The notes below the pieces were generated by a model. The model made no database searches and was not told the DNA's origin. It saw only the letters and a program-made list of their open reading frames with translations. The position numbers and the translations under genes were made by a program. A stretch of DNA of 50,048 bases, from positions 1 to 50,048 of the forward strand of contig MQRK01240330.1 in the NCBI GenBank assembly GCA_001938485.1, written 5' to 3'. The DNA is from Girardia tigrina. Lineage: Eukaryota. Position 1 is the first letter of the stretch, and each line of letters begins with the position of its first letter. Positions 25,371-38,020 of this stretch are shown here, one piece after another.

Positions 25371-26825
25371 TAATGGCGTTCTAGATTATAATATTTTTTA
25401 AATAATTAATTAATATTTTAACTATTATTCAATAAGTTTTGAGTGAATATTTTATTAAAATATTTATTTCCCCATTTGCTAAAAAAATAATGAGAATTAA
25501 GGCATTAATCAATTTCGCTTTGAATGCAAATGTACGAAAGTTTTGACAAAGATTGTCTTAAGGACATTCAAAATTGTTGTTTAAATAAAAATATAAAAAG
25601 TCAAATTGGTGTTCTTAATAATAATATATATATATATATATATATATAACTTTTTTAGTAAGATTGTATAAAACATATGAAACGTCGTGGGTACGTGATT
25701 GTATGTGTTGTTATTTATTTATTTTTTTTTCTTTTTTTATTATTTTTATTATTATTAATTTTGTTGATTATATGTGGAATTGTGATATTTCCCTTATTTT
25801 AAAACATTTTATTTTTTATATAGCCCCCATTTATTTCTTCTTTTTGTTGTTGTGAAGCATTATTTTTTTATAAATAAAACTAATTATAGTCCACAAGTTG
25901 AACAACATAGAGTTGCTAATGAATATAATTAAAAGTAAAATTTAAAATTTGATTTCAAAAATTAAAATCAATACACAAATAATTAATCATTAAATGCGGA
26001 AAGAGTGCCATTGCAATTGTTTGACATTATTTTATTTTTGACGCTTTGTTATGCTTGATGAAAAAGTATTCGGTTTGACGACCCTTAACTGACTATTTTC
26101 GACGAACATTATGGACTCTGATATTGCTTTTATTGTAAATCGTGAAAATCCTAACAATGAAATCTGAAAGATCTGTTATAAACATCTGTGATTGATACTA
26201 CCTAAACTAATTTCAGTTTTTACAATTATATTTCCTCCAAATCGGACTCGCTCTTTTTACTGTGATTTATTATTTATTTTGAACTTCTTTTTCCGTTATT
26301 GTTGAAGTACATAATATTTTCACACTTTGTTACTTTTTCACACTATTAATTATTTTTTATTCATCTAAGTGGTTTTATAGAACAAACGTATCAGTCTATT
26401 CATCTATTCTAGATGATTAATTTTTCGCAATAACATTTTTTCTCGATTGACAACATTCGAAAAACGAAATTTTGGCTTTTAAATTATTTCAGTGCCTGGG
26501 AGTCCACAGGCTTTTTTCCATGGGCGGCAAAATTAAAAACTTCTACTGGATAGAACTTTTTGAAAATAACAATCGACTTATTTAGTTTCGTTCTCATCAA
26601 ATTAAAATTTATAAAAACATATTACTCATGTAAACAACATTACAAAGAAAATTTTATGTTGATATTTATCACAACAGTTATGCTTTTTTCAAAAGTATTT
26701 GGCTAAAAGTATTAGGATATTGTTCCTAAATAAGTTTTTGGACACCATTTATTTTTCCAGCCATCACAAAATAAAAATCGTTATGTAAACAATCTTTAAT
26801 TTCTTGTTATTAATTTATTTGATTA

Positions 26826-27762
26826 CTAGAAAAAGACCCGTCATATATGACGGGGGAGCTGAATTTTCGACTTTGCTAGTTTCTGTTTTAATTTTTAAAT
26901 CGTAATTATTATAATTTATTTTTTATTGTTTCGACTTCTGTGTTGATTTAACAGTCAGTCAGTTAAATCTGCTCCCGGAGCCTTTCGGCAAAGGAGCTGT
27001 ATAGACAGAACCATTTCGATGCTGACTATGCAGAGTTATCTCAATTTTATGCGGATTCAATCACTGTTCCTCCACTATTTTGCATTTTGGGGCTGTCTAT
27101 AAATGACGTCACGCAATTTTAGCAGATTTCCAACCTCTTCTTTCCCTCGTCAAATTTCGTCACAGAATTCTTTCTCTAAATACTTCAGCATTTCGATTTG
27201 ACGTCACATTTCCGTCACCTCCCTCCCCAAGTAACACTTCGTCACTAAATTCTGTCTGCTTCCGCCCGCCCCCCCCCTACTACGTGAGTATTTTGTGGAC
27301 GGCCCCTTTATCAGCATATATATGATCATAGTAAAATTTGAGCTTGACCGACAAACCATGAATCAGATGATAACGAAATTTTGCAAATTTAACCTAAATT
27401 GATTTTTAGAAATATAATTAATAAATAAGTGATAAAAAATGGTTATTTATCAAGTAAATTAGTATTTTATTGATATTTTCATAAAAATTTACTCGAAATT
27501 CCTTGTATGAATCGTTAAAATCGTCATTATTCGAAATCAGTGTCAATTAACCATTTATCGACTTGTACGGTTTTCGATCGATTTCATCAGCTTCTGGGCG
27601 TCATTTGGCAAAGGCGCTACACCAAAAAAATTGTATTGACGCGGGCTATCCAGATTTACCGCGATCTTAAATGGATTCACTCTGGTTCATCCGCAATTTC
27701 ACATTGAAAAGCGTGACCGACAAACAAACAAACCAACACACTTTTTAGACAAATTTTATATA
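26826..27762 (-). mobile_element. Non-autonomous Helitron
   Basis: Minus-strand 3' end has hairpin cccgtca-tata-tgacggg then CTAG; inserted between A and T with no TSD (empty site attgatta|ttaat near 16990); (caaa)n tract near the other end. Confidence 0.8.
27089..27306. mobile_element. PIF/Harbinger-like MITE nested in the Helitron
   Basis: TIRs ggggctgtctataaat / ttttgtggacggcccc; ttt on both flanks. Confidence 0.65.
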
Positions 27763-27817
27763 TCAATTTATTTTCGTAGTAGAATTTCGGAATTTTATTT
27801 TTCTTAGCCTATTTATC

Positions 27818-28370
27818 AGTGCACCCGCCAGAACTTTTCTTTGGGGGGAAACAAGAAAACATGGGGGGGAACCGTGATTTTCATGCTCTTTCTTCCATTC
27901 TAAATCTGAGCGGATGCTGATGAGGAAGTAAGGTGATATTCTAGTCATTTATCATTAAGTAAAAAATAAGGGTTTCAAATTGATTAAGAAAGAAATTATT
28001 TTACTCTCGGAAAACTTTTTTCTGTATCTTCACATTAGAGTTATTGACCAAAAAGTGAATGACCATCAGGAAAGCACAAAATGAAATGGAAACACATTTT
28101 TACTAGAATGCAACAAATAAACACACTAATAAATATCAGAATAAAGTAAAACGACAAGGGTATAACTGATTCACAATATCCCATGCATCACAAAAAGGGA
28201 ATAATGGAATGCGAATTCTTGTTCCCTTTTGTTTGTGCCATTTTTGGACAACGTCTCGTGCTTCCTCATATTTTATCTTTTCTGGACCCTCCATTGTGAC
28301 CAGCATACATGCTTCCAAGTGTTCAAGGTACATATGTTGCCTTAAACGTGTTGTAATCCAATTCAAATAA
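27818..28370 (-). mobile_element. hAT 3'-end fragment
   Basis: ORF 28136..28366 TRLRQHM...LEACMLVTMEGP resembles a hAT C-terminal domain; terminus cagtgcacccgccag. Confidence 0.5.
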
Positions 28371-29099
28371 ATATAATTTAGATAAATAGATAAATAATAT
28401 TTATCTAAAATATTTTTTTTAAAATTTTAGCAGCATCCTACTATAATTTGCCAATTTCTTAGGGAAATAATTTTTTTCAAATTCTTTTTAAAAAATTATT
28501 TGTCCACGGATGTGCAAGTGCTTTACCTTGCCCCCTGTGGGCACTCATGATACATTGTAATTTTACTAGAACACTGTTAATTTTGTCAGTTAAATATTTT
28601 TCGAAAATTCTTTTATATTAAATAAAGATTGTATCGCTTGAATTTTCCAATCGATATTCTTGTTTGATATTATATTTATTTAAACATTCATTTTGTTTGA
28701 CTTGATGTATAACCGATCTAATAAAAAATGATGATTAAATGATAATAATCTCCTCAATCAATTTAAAATTGAGATTACTCAGCACAATGAAACCGAGCGT
28801 TCAGATGATCCACTGTGTGCCTCTGCTATTGTCGCTGGTTGTCGGGACAACTCGGGGATCGGCCAGAACATATATTTTTTTCTTCGTCTCTTTCCTTGGG
28901 CGGAAAATATCTATGTACATTTTCTCGAATGCCTCTGTTGAAATAATCTTCGTGGTTTCTTCCTTCTGATTCTCAATAATATGCACAAATTATGAAGAAA
29001 TTGGTTGTTTTTCGGATGATTTCAAAGTAGACAGAACAATTTGATTTGCTTATGGAATGATAATTCAAAGAAAGAAATTGAAAATCTAAGTATTTTGGA

Positions 29100-29580
29100 T
29101 TTAAAACAGCATTCATCATAATGTTATCCTTCAGTTTTTTGACCCTTTGTTTGGCACTTACTCTTCCAACGACTACCTGTACAGTAGAAATGTCTTTCAG
29201 CCCCTACGCAGAGCTAAAACTTGTATGCGATAGACCATGGAAGAGTGCAGCCTGGATGGCCTTTGCATCATGATTTTTTATCGTTATTTAATGGAAGAGA
29301 TTAATGAAACATTTTATGAAGAAGTTCTTGATAATTTTGGATTAGAGAAAAGAAAATTACCATTTTTTTTCAAATAATAAATAATCTTATAAATGTTATT
29401 TAATTTATTTTTTGTTATTTTTTATTTATGTTTAATAAGTGATTTGTATTTTTATAAATTTGAGATTCACGAAAAAAGGTTAATAAATTTTATGTACATT
29501 AAAAGTATATGAATTGTTTTTGTTATTAAAATATTTTTTATGCCCCCACCCCTGGGAAAAATCTTGCGGCCCCAATGTTC
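29100..29580 (+). mobile_element. hAT dimerization-domain remnant
   Basis: ALTLPTTTCTVEMSFS, paralogous to 19015-19260. Confidence 0.7.
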
Positions 29581-30635
29581 AGACGGGTGACATTCAGTAT
29601 CAAAACACATTCGATCAATATTAAACAATCGATTACATAGGAAATACAATTTGTTTTGGATTTAATTTCTAAATCAAACTCTTTAACCCCTGCATGATTT
29701 TTTTTATTTTAAAAAAATATATGATATAGGAAAATAGAAATTAAGAGATACGTATTTTTTATTTTTTTTTAAAAAAAGATTTTTTTCATATAGAACATCC
29801 AAACAAACAGTTTTGTCCATGTATGGCAAGCTATACAGTTAGGGTAATAAGATTATGCAAAATTATTTTGGATCATGATCGACAATGTGATAAGGGGTTT
29901 ATGTCTGCGTTCATTTGAATATAAATATAAATAACAAAAACACATATAATTTCAATATTTAATTTACACATAATCAGATTTATTTTCTTGACAAATAAAC
30001 TTCGGCAAATTATTAAATTATATATAAATTAGTCAAACAATAAATCAGAAGAACAAATTTACAACTGTCTTTGACCGACTATAATTAAATAAAGATGACT
30101 TCTTTGATATTTTGTGAGAAAAAAATTTTTCTTTTAATTCAAACATCTCGATTTTGATGATATTAAAATATTTATAAATAATTATTCCGTAAATATTTTG
30201 TAAAAAAATATTAAATAATACTAAAAGTAAAGTAGGGAGTCTGAGGATACATCTAACTAAAACTATTCATATTTTAAAAATATTTTTGTAATATAAATGA
30301 GAACCTCTCCCGAAAGCCTTCTACCAGACTATGCCTTATTTAACACTTACCTCGATAAACTTCTTAACTTTTCCTACACCCATTATCAAAAATTAAAGAA
30401 ACGCGAACATACTCATAGATGAAATACGACTGATTAATTCTAATCCAAGTGACACCAAAAACAATTTTGTACTTTTAGGTTTTATCTACTGTTTAAAATC
30501 AAAACTTTGTCATAGACGATGGTACTGAAATTATACGAAAAGTAGATAAATTTGAAGCGATCTGATCGTGATCCCACCTGAACGCAATTAATTTTAAGTA
30601 AAAGTAAAAAAAAATAAAAAAAATTTTAGTAAAAA

Positions 30636-31310
30636 ATGGATCCTGTATGATAACCGACGTCGATCTGCACAGTGGTTGGACAAAGATGAAGTACCGAAAC
30701 ACTTTCCAAAACCGAAACTAACACCCCGTAAGGTTATGGTGACAGTTTGGNNNNNNNNNNNNNNNNNNNNNNNNNNNNNNNNNNNNNNNNNNNNNNNNNN
30801 TGATGCTGGAATCATCCACTATAGTTTCTTGAATCCAGGTGAAACAATCACAGCGGAGAGGTACTGTCATGAAATTGATGAAATGCATAAGAAATTGAAA
30901 ACCCTTTGTCCGGGATTGTCAATCGAAAAAGTCCCATCCTTCTTCATGATAACCTCATATTTCAAAAGTGACTCTTCAAAGCTTAATGAGTTGGACTATG
31001 AAAGCCTGCTTCATCCACCATATTCACCAGACCTCTCGCCAACGGATGTCTACTTTTTCAGGCATTTGTACAACTTCCTACGTGAAAAAATTTTCAAAAA
31101 CCAAAATGATGCTCAAAATGCCTTCCAAGAATTCGTCACTTCGAGAACCGATGTATTTTATGCTTATGGAATAAAACAACTTGTTTCTCGTTGGCAAAAA
31201 TGTATTGATGCCAACGGTTCATACTTTGATTAATAAACTTTTGTTTCTGTGAATTTTCACGTCTTTGAAGTTTGAGTCCCAAAACCGCCATTGTTTTTCG
31301 ACCAACCTAA
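30636..31310 (+). mobile_element. 5'-truncated mariner element
   Basis: KWILYDN, PKLTPRKVMVTVW, HPPYSPDLSPTD and RWQKCIDANGSYFD*; right TIR ...accaacctaa|ta. Confidence 0.93.
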
Positions 31311-31600
31311 TATATTATATTTTCTTAAAATATTTATTTTTTTTAATAATTTTATTTATTGTTTTTTTCTTGTTTGTTTGTCTATCTTTCGTGAATCACT
31401 GACTTCTCTTTTCCTTTTTTTGTTTTAGTCTTACCTTTTTATCTATATAAAAGATATAAATTTACTTTTTAAAACATAAATATTTTCAATTTATGAAATA
31501 TAGATATGTACTCAATTTTTATTAATTAAACAATATATGCGAGTTAAAATACATAAAATAAATTTTAAAATATATCTTTTAAACATAAATCCTTAATATA

Positions 31601-32759
31601 TTAGGTTGTTCGATATGAAACGGGTCAAACTTCACACCTTACATTTCAATCGCGTATAACTTAACTTTGAACTATCGTATGAAAATAAATAAGGTATTTC
31701 TTGACAGATATNNNNNNNNNNNNNNNNNNNNNNNNNNNNNNNNNNNNNNNNNNNNNNNNNNNNNNNNNNNNNNNNNNNNNNNNNNNNNNNNNNNNNNNNN
31801 NNNNNNNNNNNNNNNNNNNNNNNNNNNNNNNNNNNNNNNNNNNNNNNNNNNNNNNNNNNNNNNNNNNNNNNNNNNNNNNNNNNNNNNNNNNNNNNNNNNN
31901 NNNNNNNNNNNNNNNNNNNNNNNNNNNNNNNNNNNNNNNNNNNNNNNNNNNNNNNNNNNNNNNNNNNNNNNNNNNNNNNNNNNNNNNNNNNNNNNNNNNN
32001 NNNNNNNNNNNNNNNNNNNNNNNNNNNNNNNNNNNNNNNNNNNNNNNNNNNNNNNNNNNNNNNNNNNNNNNNNNNNNNNNNNNNNNNNNNNNNNNNNNNN
32101 NNNNNNNNNNNNNNNNNNNNNNNNNNNNNNNNNNNNNNNNNNNNNNNNNNNNNNNNNNNNNNNNNNNNNNNNNNNNNNNNNNNNNNNNNNNNNNNNNNNN
32201 NNNNNNNNNNNNNNNNNNNNNNNNNNNNNNNNNNNNNNNNNNNNNNNNNNNNNNNNNNNNNNNNNNNNNNNNNNNNNNNNNNNNNNNNNNNNNNNNNNNN
32301 NNNNNNNNNNNNNNNNNNNNNNNNNNNNNNNNNNNNNNNNNNNNNNNNNNNNNNNNNNNNNNNNNNNNNNNNNNNNNNNNNNNNNNNNNNNNNNNNNNNN
32401 NNNNNNNNNNNNNNNNNNNNNNNNNNNNNNNNNNNNNNNNNNNNNNNNNNNNNNNNNNNNNNNNNNNNNNNNNNNNNNNNNNNNNNNNNNNNNNNNNNNN
32501 NNNNNNNNNNNNNNNNNNNNNNNNNNNNNNNNNNNNNNNNNNNNNNNNNNNNNNNNNNNNNNNNNNNNNNNNNNNNNNNNNNNNNNNNNNNNNNNNNNNN
32601 NNNNNNNNNNNNNNNNNNNNNNNNNNNNNNNNNNNNNNNNNNNNNNNNNGTGTTGACAACATGGGGGGATATTTTGATTAAAAATAAAATGTTATTATTT
32701 AAAAAAAATCGATTTACATTTTACTTTAATTTTGACCCGTTTCATATCGAACAACCTAA
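31601..32759 (+). mobile_element. Mariner element, interior mostly an assembly gap
   Basis: Perfect 29-bp TIRs ttaggttgttcgatatgaaacgggtcaaa with TA on both flanks; C-terminus VDNMGGYFD*. Confidence 0.92.
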
Positions 32760-34501
32760 TAACTATGAAAGTATTATAGAAAAATAAAAGTTTTAAAAGA
32801 CAAAACAAATATTCAATTGCATTTAGTACATCGAGTTTTCAAATAGAAGCAGTGCCAAAGAGGAGAGAGTAAGTCAGGCAAATAGCGTGAACATTGCCAA
32901 TGTAAACATAGAATCTGCATCAACGATGTAACAATAGGCGCAACAGTTGATCAAATTGCTTTCTCAAATAAATTTGGAAAGAGACTTCTTAGGAAAATTC
33001 TAGAATATAAATAGAAAAATACATATAATAATTTGCTCGCATCACATATACTACATATAACGATGATATTGTTTGAAGTTAAGGCTTATCATTTGATTGA
33101 TTTACAAATGTATAAGCTTCTTATATTCCAAATTATATTGTTTTTAGTTTTTTTTAATTTTTTCTTACAACAACATGTTTTCTCCGCTTTATCCCAGTCC
33201 CTGCAGGGGGTCATACTTTAAGGTACCGCCTCCTGCAGGGTGGAATTAGAAAGGAACACATGACGATTATATATTTAATAATTATTTATTTAAGATTATT
33301 ATTATTATATTAATTTATATTATATATATAATGTAAGGGTTATTTATTATTTTTAGATGACAGTTCAGACATTTTCAAAACTTTTATTTAATAACAACAA
33401 TATAAAAAATATTCAAACAAGTTTTCCTAATTAAATTTCAGCGGAATGTTTTTTAAATTTTTAGTGCACAAACCAATAAAATTAAAATAATTGTAAATAT
33501 AAATACGCAGATTTATTATTTTCGAAATTTTGTATTATCTTTAATTTTATAAAATTTTTGAATTTAAAAACTATTTTAATTATAAAAATAAACTATTTTC
33601 AAATAGTTTATATATTAACCACGTATTTAATTTTATATATATTTTTAAATATTGTATTTTCTTTTAAATGAATATTTTATTAATTTTCGTCAATTTTAAT
33701 ATTTATTATGATATTTATTTTTCTTATATTGTATTGCATTTACTTTCTAAAACTTTATTAAATTCTGTTTAACTATTCTTAAGATGTTATATTTAATTTG
33801 TTTCCAAACTATTTAATTTACCAAATACTTTAAATTTCATTCGTTTTTAAATCTATTTAATTTAATACTTTTATAAATTTAAAATCTAAACATTTCTGTC
33901 GAAGTTTCGATTGTCACCTAGAATTTACCATCTCGATTTCATCACTAATCACTTTCATTAAATAACCACCGATCGTAGTCCTAAAGAGGACTGCTTCTCG
34001 CTCTCTCATAACTCTTTTCTCGCTCTCATTCATGTTTTATTTCAAAATCTATCAGATTAACTCATCTCAAGTACTTGTCGATGCATTTAATAGCTCAAAA
34101 TATTCGTGCCGGAGAATCACGAAATAAGTGCTTTAATTATGAACAAGATTCTTCTTTTAATTATGAAAATTTTTAAGCAATGAAACCAGATCACTGAACG
34201 AAAGTTAACCTATAGAATCATTAAGAAAAATGTGAATATTTCAAACCAATTAAACTATAGTTAAATCAAATTAAGTATAAAATGATCCAAGATAATTTTT
34301 ATAACGTAATTAAAATAATTAAAAGAAATCAAATCTAAAATGGAAAATATAACAAAAGATATAAACAATATTAGATTAACTACATTCTTTGGTTTGAAAG
34401 CTTTTGTAATCTTCAAAGTAATTACACAAGATAAAAATTAATTAAATTAATCGTAAAACTATTGCTTCGGAAATTATTTACAACTATTTACTCAGATCTC
34501 A

Positions 34502-34573
34502 CGACTCGATTACACATCCGATTCCAAGGACCACCTCATTCGATCCCTTGGATGCGGAGACGAACTATAATCG
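34502..34573 (-). ncRNA. Candidate pre-miRNA-like hairpin A
   Basis: Long imperfect stem with a 9-nt loop; arms nearly identical to hairpin B. Confidence 0.4.
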
Positions 34574-35107
34574 TATTTCCGATCCTCAAAATCTATTGAT
34601 TCCGCATCACAAAATGTATGACATATTTCATAATTAAATTTAGGATCAAAGTCAAAGTAACTAACCAATTAAATAATTAAATTAAAAATAATAAATAAAC
34701 TAAAAGAAGAAATAAGTTACTTTAAGAATAAATTTCCTACTAAAATCAATCAAAACCCCAGTTAAAGTTATTCAAATCGAATCTAACTAGATTATTATTG
34801 CCATCTTTATTATTATTATTATATTATCCATATTAGTATTATTAGCACTCATATTATATGATCAATAAAACAATTAACTAAATCAACTAGACGAAACCGT
34901 TACTTTAATAAAATTAAAAATCCTTAAAATATAAAATTTAAATGATCAATTGAGCAATTAAACTAATATACTAGACAAAATAATGAAGTTAAATCAATTA
35001 TTAAAATATTTAAGCTTTAAATCCAATGGTATCAAAATTATTAAATTAAATAAATTATTACAATTATATACATAGATCTCAGCGATATCCTCTATTTACA
35101 CTACTAC

Positions 35108-35189
35108 GAATACGACCTGGCTACGCATCCGAGTCCAAGGACCAACCCTCTTGATCCCTTGGACGCGGAGACGAACCACAGAAGTATTC
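35108..35189 (-). ncRNA. Candidate pre-miRNA-like hairpin B
   Basis: Minus strand tggttcgtctccgcgtccaagggatc-aagagggtt-ggtccttggactcggatgcgtagcca, plus a basal gaatac/gtattc stem. Confidence 0.45.
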
Positions 35190-35575
35190 CTGCCCACTTG
35201 GGTCGACGACCTCTATACCCATGATGGTTGTAGTCAGTCTCAATAATTGAATTTTCAATGTTAATATATAGACATGGTCAAAAATAAAAGAAGACATTTG
35301 TATATTACAACGTTTAGGAAAATAATCCGATTAAGACCAATTATGCAATAAATTTATTAATAATTTTTATTAATGACAATACAAATTAGAACTCAGAATT
35401 AAATAATGAAGAACTTTTTAAGAAATCCAAAATCAATATCAATGAATAAATAAACGAGAAAAATAAGGAAAATAAACAAAGTCAATAAAAACTATTAACC
35501 CATACCTCTGAAATCAAATATTATCGTAAGTAACTGAAATGTTAAATTACCAATTTATGTCTGATGAAGTTGGTA

Positions 35576-35683
35576 AAATAAATTGTCGAATAAACTGTCG
35601 GATAAAATGTTAAATAATTTGCAAAGTAAGTTGTCAAAAGACGGTTCCAATAATACGTCAAATAAATTATCAAATAAATTTTG
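35576..35683. repeat. Degenerate 12-bp tandem array (9 units, consensus aaataaattgtc)
   Basis: aaataaattgtc gaataaactgtc ggataaaatgtt aaataatttgca aagtaagttgtc aaaagacggttc caataatacgtc aaataaattatc aaataaattttg. Confidence 0.75.
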
Positions 35684-37924
35684 TGTGCTCGTGATCACTG
35701 GTCAAGACTGGCGAAACGACATCGGGTATTTATACCCTACCGTCCTGATGTAGCACCCGACACACTCGGGCATCCACTCTGCATAATCTCGCGAATATTT
35801 ATTCTGTCAGGATTTACAATCGGTCGAAATGCACCGGATGTCGCGTCTGTTTATCGGTTTGCATCTGCAAACTGGTTTTAACTACTTGTGTTATCAGAGG
35901 CTATTCGACGCTTATCAGTCGGTTAACACAGAATGCAGGGGTAGGGCAGTATTTTCAATTGCTAATTTTGAAACTTTTTAATTTCATTTTATGTTATCAG
36001 GAACTGCCATTCCGACTAATGCAATCATTGGAAATCGGATTATTCAATTATAGATTGTGCCGACTGCTATCGAGGTAATTGTTTATTGTTCGTCTCTCTC
36101 ATTCGGACTGTTTATCTTTATTGCTAGCTACGACATCAACAACATCCTACTGTCACGGCGGCTTACCAAATTACCTCGTGGTTGAATCACCATGATTCAT
36201 GGTCTGTAATTTTTAATCAATCTAATTAAAATTTGTTAAATTTCTGTTTTTTTGCTTTCAAAAGGTTTCAAGGGGTTTCAGAAGGTTTCGGGAAGGTTTC
36301 GGAAGAACTCAGGGGAACCCCTCGCCTGCTCTTCGCTCCAACAGGCTCGGGACCGATTTAAAACTAATGAGGCTAGTCGAGTTAGACTATCCTCACAATT
36401 TTCATCTAAACGTCTCGGGCGTACGGGGTGTGGGCTGTGAAGTAGGGTTTCTTTCGAGTTATATGTTCGATAATGTCGCTGTCGTAACAATTATAACTAT
36501 GCCGTAATTAATAGCAATAACGACGTAATAGATCGAAAAACACTGTATTTGGAAAAAAAGTCGATATTGGTGAAAAGTTCGTATATGTAAAAATAGTCGT
36601 ACGTGAATTAATTTTTTTTGATGGAGGAAAAAGTCGTTTTGCTAACATCGGGGTTGAGATTTATCAGAAATTTGCTTTATTGTTAGAATTTCGATTTTGT
36701 ATCGAAATGTGAAGGGTGAATTTTTGAAACTGTGAATTCTGATAGATATCTGTTTGCGTTGGGGTATTTAGAAAAATATCCAAGGGGATAAAGATTTGTG
36801 GTGTATTTTAAAAATAAAACTTTCCACAATAACTATTTGTTCGATTCTAAAAAATATGATCATAAAAGCCATCAATGAGATTTTGTTTTTGGTAGAAAAA
36901 GTTAATTCATCCAAAAAGTTTAATTGTAGTATAAACAAATCCGATTTCAATAATTTGACATTTAAGGAGTATTCAGGTGGCGCTGATTTTAATGGAGAAC
37001 TATTCACGATTCAAACCCGTTTACTCGTGTTCGATTAGCTTGAAGGAGCTTAAAGGGAAAATAGGAAGACCATCAAAGCTCAATATATTAAAGTCGAAAG
37101 GCAATTTATAATTTGATTGTAAAACTCGGGAACACAGTCTACCTTCGGGAAACAAATTTCATAATTTTTCTACCTTCCAGACATTCCCAAGTTGGGAGTC
37201 CCAACCAACGCCACCTTGTCGCCACTGTACAACTACAAACACCTTACTAACAGTTACATCTAAACTTTGAAAGATTATAATATAATGAACACCATCAAAA
37301 GTATACCTAGTTCATGTTAAGAGATGCTACCTTCATGTAAGAACTATGTCTAACTAAAATTATGATTTTGATGTGTTCAATTGGTAGTAACACCCAGAAG
37401 TCAAAAATGCGTCAAGTGTATGTTAAGATATACTAAACCGTGCAATATTCCTTAACTTAATATGTATGGAATCAACTGACATCAATGAAATCCTTTCATC
37501 ACAATAGGAAATAACCAATAATGATATAATAGAATTTTACCTGGTCAATATCATTTGAAGAAAGGGTTCTAACAGATATTCAAGAGAAAAAAAATTAACA
37601 GCAACAAGGATTAGTGAATGCTTGAGTTTCATTGGCGTTGTAAATGACATTTTTAGAGAAGTCAATCACGATATTGAAAGGAGTTCAAAAATTGCCAACT
37701 TAAGTTCATACAATAAAATTTATTACAAAAACAAATCAGTCCAGCCAAATCAAAAAGTTACTGAAACAGAACCAGAAGACAGAAATTCTGAATTTATCAT
37801 CTGATTCTGAATAATAAATTACTTTTGTACAAATTAAATTTTAAATTAATGCTATTTTTTGTTTATTTTATTTTTATCATATTAATATGAAATTAATAAA
37901 CGCCATTTAAAAATATATTTTTGG

Positions 37925-37962
37925 ATAATATATTTCGACGGTTTAACCGTCATCATCAAGAT
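37925..37962 (-). ncRNA. Hammerhead motif variant belonging to the 41.4-43.1 kb Penelope element
   Basis: Minus strand TTGATGA-t-gacgg-ttaaa-ccgtc-GAAA-tata-tt; about 60 nt from the P-element TSD. Confidence 0.6.
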
Positions 37963-38020
37963 CACTGATTATGTTCTTTTTTATTGCTTTTATATAAGAA
38001 ATGAATGATTATGCAATCAC

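Larger units (their letters stand above)
26495..28549. mobile_element. hAT-like non-autonomous host element with nested insertions
   Basis: Degenerate TIRs cctgggagtccacagg / cctgtgggcactcatg; collinear with 16613-17194 once the insertions are removed. Confidence 0.6.

Noticed and set aside
31661-32681. Three ORFs longer than 320 aa
   Set aside because: They are read-through of an N gap; only the mariner termini are real sequence.
37230-37810. Possible transposase relic (GVVNDIFRE...ERSSKI)
   Set aside because: Only one weak motif, many stops and no termini; insufficient support.
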